Shown piece by piece: positions 32,052 to 40,731 of a stretch of DNA of 64,000 nt; within the stretch, counting starts at the first letter, position 1; the number at the start of each line of letters is the position of its first letter. The notes beneath the pieces were generated by a model that was given only the letters and a program-made list of their open reading frames with translations, was not told the origin of the DNA and did not search any database. The position numbers and the translations under genes were made by a program. Location: IMG/VR virus record IMGVR_UViG_3300025018_003790. One strand, written 5' to 3'. This stretch comes from a virus (lineage: Duplodnaviria; Heunggongvirae; Uroviricota; Caudoviricetes).

Positions 32052-32696
32052 TTAGATTAACAATTCATCAAAAAGTTCTGTATCGAGATTAGTTAAGCAA
32101 TTGACTTCAAATTTTGAAAGTTGTTTGCCGTTGATCCACCAACTTTTATTGCCATCAGCTAATTCAATAGCAGGCCCATCAAGGCGGTGAAGCTGGCCAT
32201 TTTGCAACCAAGATTTTGAACCATTGGCAAATTCAATTGCTGGGCCATCAAGGCGATGAAGTTTGCCGTTGAGCCACCATTCTTTTGTTCCGTCAAACCT
32301 TTCAATAGCTGGCCCATCAAGGCGATGAGATTTGCCATTCAATCTCCATTCTTTTGATCCGTCGGCATTTTCAATTGCTGGCCCATCAAGGCGGTGAGGC
32401 TGGCCATTTTGCCACCATTCTTTTGATCCATCGGCAAATTCCTTTGCTGGCCCATCAAGACGATGAGGTTTGCCGTTGATGAACCATTCTTTTACCCCAT
32501 TGGGCCAATCAACAGCAGGCCCATTAAGGCGATGAAGTTTGCCGTTGATGTACCAATGTTCTACTCCCTCGGGTGTTTGATATGCTGGCCCATCTTCTCG
32601 GTGAAGTTGGCCATTTAAAGTCCAAGTTTTTACGCCATTATTCTCGATCCTTAATTTTGGATTTTTTTTCATAGTTAACCTCAATTCATCAATCAA
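32052..32696 (-). CDS. MORN-repeat (variant) protein
   Basis: About eight tandem units of the WxNGKxHRLDGPAxE..DGSKEW form. Confidence 0.7.
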   Translation of the reverse strand: MIDELRLTMKKNPKLRIENNGVKTWTLNGQLHREDGPAYQTPEGVEHWYINGKLHRLNGPAVDWPNGVKEWFINGKPHRLDGPAKEFADGSKEWWQNGQPHRLDGPAIENADGSKEWRLNGKSHRLDGPAIERFDGTKEWWLNGKLHRLDGPAIEFANGSKSWLQNGQLHRLDGPAIELADGNKSWWINGKQLSKFEVNCLTNLDTELFDELLI

Positions 32697-33952
32697 TAAA
32701 TAGTTTCTTCAAAGAATTCGGTTGAATTATCCCAAACACGTTGATACCTTTCGACTTCACTCTTGGGGCCTTGTGCTTTCGCAAGATTGTTGCTAATTTT
32801 AACTGTTGAAACAGGTTCGTTGATCATCAAAGAACTTATCACTTCAACTGCTTTAACAATAATTGACAAAGGATCCGCACCAAGATCATTCGAGCAATTT
32901 GTACCAATCCCGAATTTAACACCAATCCTTCCACTGAAAGCTTCAAATAGTTTTTTAGCAAGTGGGGGATTTAATCCATCACTGAAAAAGATGACTTTTT
33001 TGAGTGGGTCAATACCTTGCGATTGATAGAAAGAAATAACCCTTTTACCGAACTTGAAGGGGTCGCCAGAATCATGCCTAATCCCTTTGTAAAAACCAGA
33101 AAGAAATCCAGCAAAATCAGCAAAAAATGCATCATCACCAAATGTATCCCCCAAAGCTATTGATAATGGTTTCCCATAAAAAAGTTTCCAATTTCTAAGG
33201 ACAAATCTTTGTGATTTCCTCAAAGATTCATCCCCACCAATTGCCCCCATTATTGCAGCTATAACCATATACAATTCGTGGGCTTGAGTCCCGCCTGGAA
33301 TTTGTACGTGTTTCATAGCTAAATTAATATTTGATGTCCCTAAACAAGAAGGACAATTCTCAACAAAATCCTCATAACATTCTTCTTGCCATTCAGGACT
33401 AAAAGCCCGCCTTGTCCCAAATTCTACCCACTCAAAACCAGGAATAGAATTGAATAATTCAATTTTTTCTTTTCTGCGGCGGCGGCCTTCTTTTTTAAGT
33501 TCTTCCATTTGATTTGGATATTTATACCGATAATAAAGAGCATTGATTATTGACATAATAAAGGTCTCTGAATAACTGGATCTAGCCCAATAATCTTGAG
33601 AGTCGATCAAAAATTGTCCATCCCGAATGTCAACATTGATTTTAGGCATTTGATAATTTTTTAAGAATTCAAAATAATCAGAAAAATCTTCTTTCTTATA
33701 CCCAACCCTGAATGAATCAGCAATGAATCCAATTTCGTTTGCAGAAAACCTTAATGATCTGCAATGATCTAATTCTTCTCTAACTGCTTCAATTGGAATA
33801 ACTTCAGCTAATTTATTGTCTTTTTTTCTATTGTTGAAAGCAAATCTAACAATAGGGTCTGGGAATCTTTCTTCAATGAAAGCCTGCATGGCAATTTTAT
33901 ACCAATCTGTATGCAAAAGAGTTTTGATAATTGGTTCTGGGTTTGTTAGCAT
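32693..33952 (-). CDS. pncB: nicotinate phosphoribosyltransferase-like enzyme (NAPRTase/NAMPT superfamily)
   Basis: N-terminal LLHTDWYKIAMQ matches the PncB signature LLDTDAYKLHMQ; real start probably the internal ATG at 33950-33952, preceded by GAGGAGGAAAG SD. Confidence 0.65.
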   Translation of the reverse strand: MLTNPEPIIKTLLHTDWYKIAMQAFIEERFPDPIVRFAFNNRKKDNKLAEVIPIEAVREELDHCRSLRFSANEIGFIADSFRVGYKKEDFSDYFEFLKNYQMPKINVDIRDGQFLIDSQDYWARSSYSETFIMSIINALYYRYKYPNQMEELKKEGRRRRKEKIELFNSIPGFEWVEFGTRRAFSPEWQEECYEDFVENCPSCLGTSNINLAMKHVQIPGGTQAHELYMVIAAIMGAIGGDESLRKSQRFVLRNWKLFYGKPLSIALGDTFGDDAFFADFAGFLSGFYKGIRHDSGDPFKFGKRVISFYQSQGIDPLKKVIFFSDGLNPPLAKKLFEAFSGRIGVKFGIGTNCSNDLGADPLSIIVKAVEVISSLMINEPVSTVKISNNLAKAQGPKSEVERYQRVWDNSTEFFEETIY

Positions 33953-33990
33953 CTCTGCTTTCCTCCTCGCCCTCTTCCCCGTTTGTAGCA

Positions 33991-34025
33991 AAGCCCTGCG
34001 GCGCTGTGAGAGCGCCGCAGGGCTT
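33991..34025 (-). promoter_or_regulatory. 15-bp perfect GC-rich hairpin between the vWA and pncB genes
   Basis: AAGCCCTGCGGCGCT-gtgag-AGCGCCGCAGGGCTT; no U-tract, so not a canonical terminator. Confidence 0.5.
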
Positions 34026-34036
34026 ACGATCGGCTC

Positions 34037-34849
34037 TTACCCGAAGAGTCCGCTTGAGGCGGCCCCAGAGAAGCCCTTGGAGCTACGACTCATCGTTTGC
34101 GTCGTGCGTGAGGCGGCTTGGAACTTGAGCCGGACTTCTCGCTTCAAGGCGTCGGGGTCGGTGACCCCGACGCCGACTTCAACAATGTCTTTTTCGGGGA
34201 TTCCCATTCTTGTGAAAATATCTTTGTAGAAATCGGGCCTTGTTCCACCAATCCCCATAGCTGAAATTGTAATCCATTCATTAGGAACAATATCGTTTGT
34301 GATCAACGGAGCCAATTCTTCGGGGTTGCGGCCGGTGGTGTCGCCACCATCAGTCACAATCACAATCGCACCCCGAGGATCAATGTTGGCTGACCGAATG
34401 ACTTCATATTGTGCCAAAAAATCAGCAATAGCAGTTTCAATTGTGGGGATCAATGGGGTTCCGCCGCCGGGGAAATAATTCTGACGACTCAATCTTGTCG
34501 CCTGCTCAACAGGCATGAAAGAATCTAGCATCCCGTTGTTGAGTGTAAATGTGAGAACCAAAATATCATCCCTGACCTTCGAGGCTTCCATGCCATCAAG
34601 GATACAATTGAATCCTTCAATGATACAATCTTCAAATCCACTCAAACTTCCGCTATCATCAAGAATAATCAACATCAAAAATGCACTGGAACTTTCCAAA
34701 TCATCAGGGTCAATTGTTACAGCATCACGAATTGAAGTTGCAATTCCAGGTTGAGCAATTAGATTGCTTGCAGCCGATGAAAGCTCCCCATTACCAAATG
34801 CTTCATTAAATGCACGCTCAATATCGGTGAGTCCTTGGTTTTCAGACAT
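34037..34849 (-). CDS. von Willebrand factor A domain protein (TerY-like)
   Basis: MIDAS motif IILDDSGSLSG (DxSxS) and later T/D ligands; GC-rich C-terminal third. Confidence 0.7.
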   Translation of the reverse strand: MSENQGLTDIERAFNEAFGNGELSSAASNLIAQPGIATSIRDAVTIDPDDLESSSAFLMLIILDDSGSLSGFEDCIIEGFNCILDGMEASKVRDDILVLTFTLNNGMLDSFMPVEQATRLSRQNYFPGGGTPLIPTIETAIADFLAQYEVIRSANIDPRGAIVIVTDGGDTTGRNPEELAPLITNDIVPNEWITISAMGIGGTRPDFYKDIFTRMGIPEKDIVEVGVGVTDPDALKREVRLKFQAASRTTQTMSRSSKGFSGAASSGLFG

Positions 34850-34894
34850 CGGGATCGTCCTTTCGCCTTCCGTAGTTTAGATACGTTCACCAGT

Positions 34895-36025
34895 TCAGAG
34901 TCGGATTCCCCACTCTTCAATCGGAACGATCCTATCGCCGTCAAACATCTTCACAAATTTCATTCCAGCATCAGCAAATTTCTTGTAAGAAACTTCAGAA
35001 ATTGCATCAAATGGGACACCTTCAAATCCAACCGAAGGATTCGGTGGAATGTCGGGAACAGGAGAAGTTCCGTCACGAACGATCAGGACCTTCTGTGCCA
35101 GCGACGGATCCAATCCCATAATTCTTTCCAACAAATGATCAATGCAACATTTCACACAATGCGTTTTTGCTTCACCCTTGATGATCAAATAATCAACAGC
35201 AAGCAATTGGTTGATGAAGGTATCATCGTCTTCACCAACTTTGTATCCACCAAATGTTTCCGTAACTTCTGGACCCAATGGAGAAAAATGTTCCGTGTTG
35301 GGCCAAGTGCCCTTGATTGAAAAATCGAATTGAGATTTTCTTGCAACTGTGTGGAAAAATGCAAGTTCATACAAGGCCGGGATAAGCGCATGGCTCGGCT
35401 CACCAATCCCGCCGTGGTAGGTCCAAACTGTATGAAGGTATTTCCCCGTGTCCTCAAGTTCTTTGGTGTAGAAAAGAGAATGTTTGACCATCATTGCATA
35501 ATTACCCTTCCCGTCATCGGTCGGGAAAACATAATGTGCAATATCGGGATTCGGCATCCAAATTCTATTCTTGATATCTTCGTTTTTGATCACCGTAAAT
35601 GGACCTGGGAAGTTGCCATTCCGGTCAACCCAATAGATCGGGTGAAAAATTTGCATCGGGTAGTGCGAATCAAGAGTAATGAAAAATCTAGAAATATGAT
35701 CTAAATTAGCATAGGACCAACGACAGGTTCTCTCAACATCTCCAAGAGCACCTGGGACAACCAATTCATATCCGGGGATACAGAAAGTGATCTGAAAATC
35801 GACCCAAAGGACGCCAATTTTTACTTTATCGTTGAGATGATGTTCAACATTATTTGTTTTTGCCCAATCAACAGCGTCTTGTGCTCGTTGTTCCTTGGGG
35901 GTTGGCCAAACTTCTCCGAGCCGGGGCATGGTGTCCCGCTCGAAGAAAGTTGGCAAGGGTAGCAGTCTCGCATCTGGCATGGTCAAGGCTCCTTGTTGAC
36001 TGGTTAGTCGCCGAGATTCTCGCAC
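34895..36025 (-). CDS. cysteine-hydrolase (isochorismatase/nicotinamidase)-like protein
   Basis: KIGVLWVDFQITFCIPG resembles the isochorismatase-family D-x-Q-x-x-F start and KGEAKTHCVKCCI a candidate nucleophile cysteine, but the D-to-C spacing is much longer than in PncA. Confidence 0.35.
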   Translation of the reverse strand: MRESRRLTSQQGALTMPDARLLPLPTFFERDTMPRLGEVWPTPKEQRAQDAVDWAKTNNVEHHLNDKVKIGVLWVDFQITFCIPGYELVVPGALGDVERTCRWSYANLDHISRFFITLDSHYPMQIFHPIYWVDRNGNFPGPFTVIKNEDIKNRIWMPNPDIAHYVFPTDDGKGNYAMMVKHSLFYTKELEDTGKYLHTVWTYHGGIGEPSHALIPALYELAFFHTVARKSQFDFSIKGTWPNTEHFSPLGPEVTETFGGYKVGEDDDTFINQLLAVDYLIIKGEAKTHCVKCCIDHLLERIMGLDPSLAQKVLIVRDGTSPVPDIPPNPSVGFEGVPFDAISEVSYKKFADAGMKFVKMFDGDRIVPIEEWGIRL

Positions 36026-36026
36026 G

Positions 36027-37928
36027 TCACACAGAGAATGTCAAGCGGCGCAGACTCTTTCCTGCGAACGAGAACACAGTCCCGTCGCTAGAGACCCAAA
36101 CAACATCTCCATCTGAAATAAATTTTGAGGTATCAGGGAATTCTCGGGTCAAAGCAAACTCTCCACGATCTACTTCAAATCTTTTCAATCCTTCATCCGT
36201 AGCAACAAACAAATATCTACTGATGGCTGATTTACTTCCCATAGATTTCATTAATTCTTTATTCTTTTCTTCGTCGTCTGAAAATGCTAAAATATCTCCA
36301 GCAGAATTAACAACCAAACATTTGTTTTTAAGCTTCGGGCCATCTTTATGTGAGATGAAAATCCAAGCATAATCTTTTGAGAAACAGACATTCATATCAA
36401 TCAATTGTCCAGTGATTCTCGGGAAATCATTAATTATACTTTTGCCTTGACCTTCAACGGGAAAGGTAAAAGCAGAATAAAACGCTCCAACTCTAAACCA
36501 ACCAAAACCGAAATTTTCACCAATCCAAATCTTTGTTCTTCTCTGAAGAGCAGAACATATTTTTTTACTAGAAATCCCATCCCCATTCTTATAAACATTC
36601 CCGTTTTCCAACCAAAAATAAGCATTTGAATTTGCATCAATCATGGGGATGTTATCAACAACATCTAATTGTCCTTTATAACAAACCTCTCCATTTTTGA
36701 TAACTGAAAACTGGCTATTTTCCGCAAAAACTGTTAATTTACCACAAACCCTAATTCTTGATTTTGATGATTTCGGAAGATATTCGGTTGAGATAACTTC
36801 TCCATTTTCACGCAAAATAATCCTATCTTCTAATCTCACCAAAAGCATTTTGTTATTTTGTAACTGTGCAAATAAAATTCTTTTTGTTCTTTCCATTGGA
36901 GAAGATAGAACAATCTCACTTTTGACATTCCCCATAATTTGAATCGTTTGAGTCACAACCCCCCCAGCCCCACCACAAGAGGGACATGAGTTTCTCATGT
37001 GGACAGATCCACAAGTTGAACAAGTTGTAAATCTTAATGATTCTAATAGCCTTTTTGGAATAGGTTCTCTTCTATCTTGAACAAAACAATTATAGAAAAT
37101 CTGTAAAAGATCATCATTGATGTATCCAAATGGCATTGCATTTTTGGGGAATCCAACTTGTTTTTCATCGAAGACGGTTATCCTATTCCTTCTTCGATAA
37201 ACCCAAGTTTCATCTCTTGTCATTTTACTCGGGGGTGTAAACTTGCCACCATAAGGGCCTTCAAAAGTTAGACCAGTGAAAAGAAGACAGAGATATCCAT
37301 ACCAGTCAGATTGAACACTATGTCTATTTGAGAATTTTATTTCATTAGCATCTAAATCACAATTTAATGGATCAACATAATCAACAGAAAAAACACGGCA
37401 AGGCCAAGAATCATATTGCATACTATCTGCGTCAATAAAATATGGAGTCAAATCTGCATTAGAAACCATTAAGTTAAATTCACTCACATCTCCAACAACA
37501 ACCTTTTGTGAGTGAATTTCTTGCATCGTGTTAGCAAAACCAAGAAAAATATTCAAGATATCATTTATATCTTTTGACCCTCTAAATTTTTTATTAAACC
37601 ATCTTGAAAGCAGAACATGATCTGACAAAAGTTGCATGGTGTAACCAATAACCATTTTGTTATTCAGAATCAAATCAGTTGGGCTTACAACATTAGATGG
37701 TAAATTTCTTGGAAATGCTGGCAGTTTTGATTGATATTCGTCAATTCTATCTTTGACTGCTTTTTGTCTCCAAGGTTCTGTGAAATCTGGGTGATTCGGT
37801 GGTTTATAAATCTTAAAAAGGATATTCCCCAATTTGTAAATAGTTGCTTCGCCACCCTCTGAAAAGTAGTTGTTTACATCATCAATTTTCTCTGTCCGAC
37901 CGTTAACCTGGATGTTGAAGTTACCCAT
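36027..37928 (-). CDS. atypical Ser/Thr protein kinase-like protein with zinc ribbon and repeat-rich C-terminal domain
   Basis: Gly-rich loop FSEGGEATIYKLGN, Lys in LFKIYK, catalytic-loop-like VVVGDVSEFNLMV, DFG-like FIDADS, then CSTCGSVHMRNSCPSCGG zinc ribbon; start overlaps the stop of the PP2C gene. Confidence 0.5.
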   Translation of the reverse strand: MGNFNIQVNGRTEKIDDVNNYFSEGGEATIYKLGNILFKIYKPPNHPDFTEPWRQKAVKDRIDEYQSKLPAFPRNLPSNVVSPTDLILNNKMVIGYTMQLLSDHVLLSRWFNKKFRGSKDINDILNIFLGFANTMQEIHSQKVVVGDVSEFNLMVSNADLTPYFIDADSMQYDSWPCRVFSVDYVDPLNCDLDANEIKFSNRHSVQSDWYGYLCLLFTGLTFEGPYGGKFTPPSKMTRDETWVYRRRNRITVFDEKQVGFPKNAMPFGYINDDLLQIFYNCFVQDRREPIPKRLLESLRFTTCSTCGSVHMRNSCPSCGGAGGVVTQTIQIMGNVKSEIVLSSPMERTKRILFAQLQNNKMLLVRLEDRIILRENGEVISTEYLPKSSKSRIRVCGKLTVFAENSQFSVIKNGEVCYKGQLDVVDNIPMIDANSNAYFWLENGNVYKNGDGISSKKICSALQRRTKIWIGENFGFGWFRVGAFYSAFTFPVEGQGKSIINDFPRITGQLIDMNVCFSKDYAWIFISHKDGPKLKNKCLVVNSAGDILAFSDDEEKNKELMKSMGSKSAISRYLFVATDEGLKRFEVDRGEFALTREFPDTSKFISDGDVVWVSSDGTVFSFAGKSLRRLTFSV

Positions 37929-38844
37929 TCTTCCTTCTCCTGATTGCGATCAATGAGGTATCATCAATCAGGAGTGAATTCTCTGTCCGAACTTTTCTAT
38001 TGTCCCAATCAACAACAGTCCTATTGGCTTGCATCATGCCAAATAAACGTTGCAAAGTTTGCGGGTTTCTGAAAAAAACATCAGTTGAAATTATTTCATC
38101 AATAGAAGGGACTACCTTGTCGGTTCTGCCAGGAAGAAGTTCCCCTTGAGCTTCTTCCAAGAACATGACCCCATCTGATCCTACAACAAGACTTTCAACA
38201 TCTTCTGTCGCAAGCTCTTCATGGAATGAAAATTCGAAACAAAGTGGTTGAGTTTCATGGAAACTTGAATATTTACTTGCAATAATCTCTTCGTGTGTTT
38301 CTCTGAACCCTTCAATTGCACTATAGACAATATAAGGCGGGGCATTATTTTCAAATGGACCTATTTGAGTCCTTTGACCATTAAGATAATAAACCCCATC
38401 ACCAATTGAAAAAATAGTTGTTTTATCTTCTGTTACAACAAACCCAATCAATGTTGCAGCAAAAGTATCAATCATATCTTTAATAGTTTCTAATAAACAA
38501 AAATTCTTATTAGATTGATAGATTCCAAAACTTGTTCTTTTGATTAAAGAGACCAAAGATAAATGTAGACTACTATAAATAAATTCGTTTATAGTATCCC
38601 AATATCCAGTCCTGATTTGAGTCGCAATTGAATTAGCTAAATAATTAGCAAGGATACTTGATCCAATTTGGGCGTTATCGGTGCTCCCACACCCGTCTGA
38701 AACAACTCCAATAAGAAAAAGTTTATGATGATTAAGAGCAATGGAATCTTGATTCGGCAATCCTTTCAAGCCTATTTCATTGCCTAAGTGTTCTCTACCA
38801 ATGATTGAAGCACTGGTAGTTTCGAACCTCTCCATCAGATCCAT
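37921..38844 (-). CDS. PP2C-family (PPM) Ser/Thr phosphatase
   Basis: LIGVVSDGCGSTDNAQIGS (DG.GG-like), FSIGDGVYYLNG (GDSR-like), VVGSDGVMFLEE (SDG-like) metal-binding motifs. Confidence 0.7.
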   Translation of the reverse strand: MDLMERFETTSASIIGREHLGNEIGLKGLPNQDSIALNHHKLFLIGVVSDGCGSTDNAQIGSSILANYLANSIATQIRTGYWDTINEFIYSSLHLSLVSLIKRTSFGIYQSNKNFCLLETIKDMIDTFAATLIGFVVTEDKTTIFSIGDGVYYLNGQRTQIGPFENNAPPYIVYSAIEGFRETHEEIIASKYSSFHETQPLCFEFSFHEELATEDVESLVVGSDGVMFLEEAQGELLPGRTDKVVPSIDEIISTDVFFRNPQTLQRLFGMMQANRTVVDWDNRKVRTENSLLIDDTSLIAIRRRKNG

Positions 38845-38863
38845 TTACTGCTCCATCCTTCGG

Positions 38864-39457
38864 TCAGGTGGTTGAATTTCGGCAATTAAAGCACAAACTA
38901 TCTAGGTTATCTAATGGGTATGGGGAAAGAGATTTACATTTTTTGCAAACACAAAGTTCTTTTAATTCTTCAATAGCATCTTGCATTAATCCTAAATTTA
39001 ATTCATAAGCATCAAACAAAAGATCTTGACCAGAAACAGATTTAATTAATGGGAGATTATTCAGTGCCAAGTAGAACAGAAATTTATCAATCATTCCTAT
39101 TTCCTCGACGGTTAATGTCCAGTCTTCTTTTCTTTTAGAGACATAATCAATCAAATCAGAGTCAAACGAATATTCGGAGATACTCGTCCTCAATTTAGCT
39201 TTTTGAATTTTGTCCCAAGCTTTTTGTTTTATAAGAACTAGAAGTCTTTTATCACATTCAATATCTTTAATTCCACCACAATCATCATAGATACCAATGA
39301 AAATTTGTGAAAAAACATTTACTGATTGAAAAGGTCCTGAATATTGTTCCATATAATTAGATAAAAATTGTTTTTCATTAGCTAATAAACCAACTACTTT
39401 TTCATCTTCTATAATTGGAATTCTAGTTGCAGCGCACAAAGAATTGTAATATCCCAT
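38864..39457 (-). CDS. hypothetical protein with C-terminal zinc ribbon
   Basis: CVCKKCKS...CFNCRN at the C-terminus. Confidence 0.4.
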   Translation of the reverse strand: MGYYNSLCAATRIPIIEDEKVVGLLANEKQFLSNYMEQYSGPFQSVNVFSQIFIGIYDDCGGIKDIECDKRLLVLIKQKAWDKIQKAKLRTSISEYSFDSDLIDYVSKRKEDWTLTVEEIGMIDKFLFYLALNNLPLIKSVSGQDLLFDAYELNLGLMQDAIEELKELCVCKKCKSLSPYPLDNLDSLCFNCRNSTT

Positions 39458-39895
39458 TAGGGAGCCCCTTCTTTTGTTTTAGTTGTTATTTCTACATATT
39501 CTTTATCTTCAATCATTTCCTTAATCATAGCAATAATATCAGATTCTGAAACAAAATCACCAATTTCCCTATCAACGCCCTTTATTGCTGATTTTCTGCT
39601 GACATTATTTAAAGAGGTGCTATTTTTTTGAACACCAACCACCCAAGCACCACTATCTATATCATCAAGTAATTCACAAAAAACTTTTGCTTTAAAATCA
39701 TTGGTCTTCGATGAATTATTAGAATTAAAATTAACAAAAACAATATCAATTTTTTCTAGCAAAGTTTTTAAAGAATTTTTCCCATCAGATAGATCTGGAA
39801 GTTTTAAACTTATAATATAAAACATATTTATCAATTTTACAGCCCAAGCAGATGATCTTTCTTCACTAAAACCAACCAATAGAGCATTATTCTTG

Positions 39896-40465
39896 TCATC
39901 CATCTTTTTTATCTTCCGTTTCTTCGGTTGCTTCCGTTTCTTCGGTTGCTTCCGTTTCTTTGACTTCTTCCGTTTCTTCGGTTGCTTCGGCTTCTTCAGC
40001 GCTGGTAATAGCTTCTAGAATGTTTTGGATAATTATTTTTGATGCTGCAAATTTGTAAAGTTTTACTCCACCAGCTTCTTCTATTTTGACTCTTATTGGT
40101 TCACTAATTATTTGTGTTAAACCAAAAACAACAAGACTTGGGAAATTCTGGACTAATGATTTTATAACAGTCAGATTTTTTGAAGCAACGCTTTCCACAG
40201 GGACAATGATTGAACAGTAATCTTTATCTTGAATTAACTTCGCTAAACTTTTTCCACCATTTTCTAAATCTTTTTTGACAATTGAGTTCACCTCAAAAGC
40301 ATCTAATAGTTTTTCAACAAAACTATTTACGAAGTTATCGGGGGCGAGACCAACGATCAAGATGCTCTGCTTCTCGGATGACATATTCGTTCTACCTTTC
40401 GGTGGTTTTTGTGATTCGATCAAATTGTTCTTTGAGAGCAGGAAATTCTTGCATCCTTTGTTCAA
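39896..40465 (-). CDS. hypothetical protein with acidic TEETEA repeat tail
   Basis: ORF track; 18-bp tandem repeats TTCCGTTTCTTCGGTTGC (about 4 copies, 39914-39985) encode the repeat. Confidence 0.4.
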   Translation of the reverse strand: MNKGCKNFLLSKNNLIESQKPPKGRTNMSSEKQSILIVGLAPDNFVNSFVEKLLDAFEVNSIVKKDLENGGKSLAKLIQDKDYCSIIVPVESVASKNLTVIKSLVQNFPSLVVFGLTQIISEPIRVKIEEAGGVKLYKFAASKIIIQNILEAITSAEEAEATEETEEVKETEATEETEATEETEDKKDG

Positions 40466-40731
40466 GATATGCCTTCGTCTCTTCTATCCCTTTTGTGGCC
40501 ATCATAAAAACTAAAAACTGGATATCTGAAAGTTTTTTTTCAAGTAATTCAATTTCTTTTTTAATCCTCGCTCTTTCATAGCCTTCTCGATCATCTCTTA
40601 AAACTTTCGAAACAATAGCATTAACTATACTTGAAAATAATACTACACCGAATTCTTTCCACTCTCCAAAACCTTGTTTCCTTGTTCTCATGCTCTTCCC
40701 TTCTCCAAACATTCTACCACATCCGATCAAA

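Noticed and set aside
33816-34229. Plus-strand ORFs 33816..34229, 33931..34128, 34835..35320 and 35854..36372
   Set aside because: All lie antisense to well-supported minus-strand genes (pncB, vWA, hydrolase, kinase) in the GC-rich island, where random ORFs are long. None has an SD or a motif.
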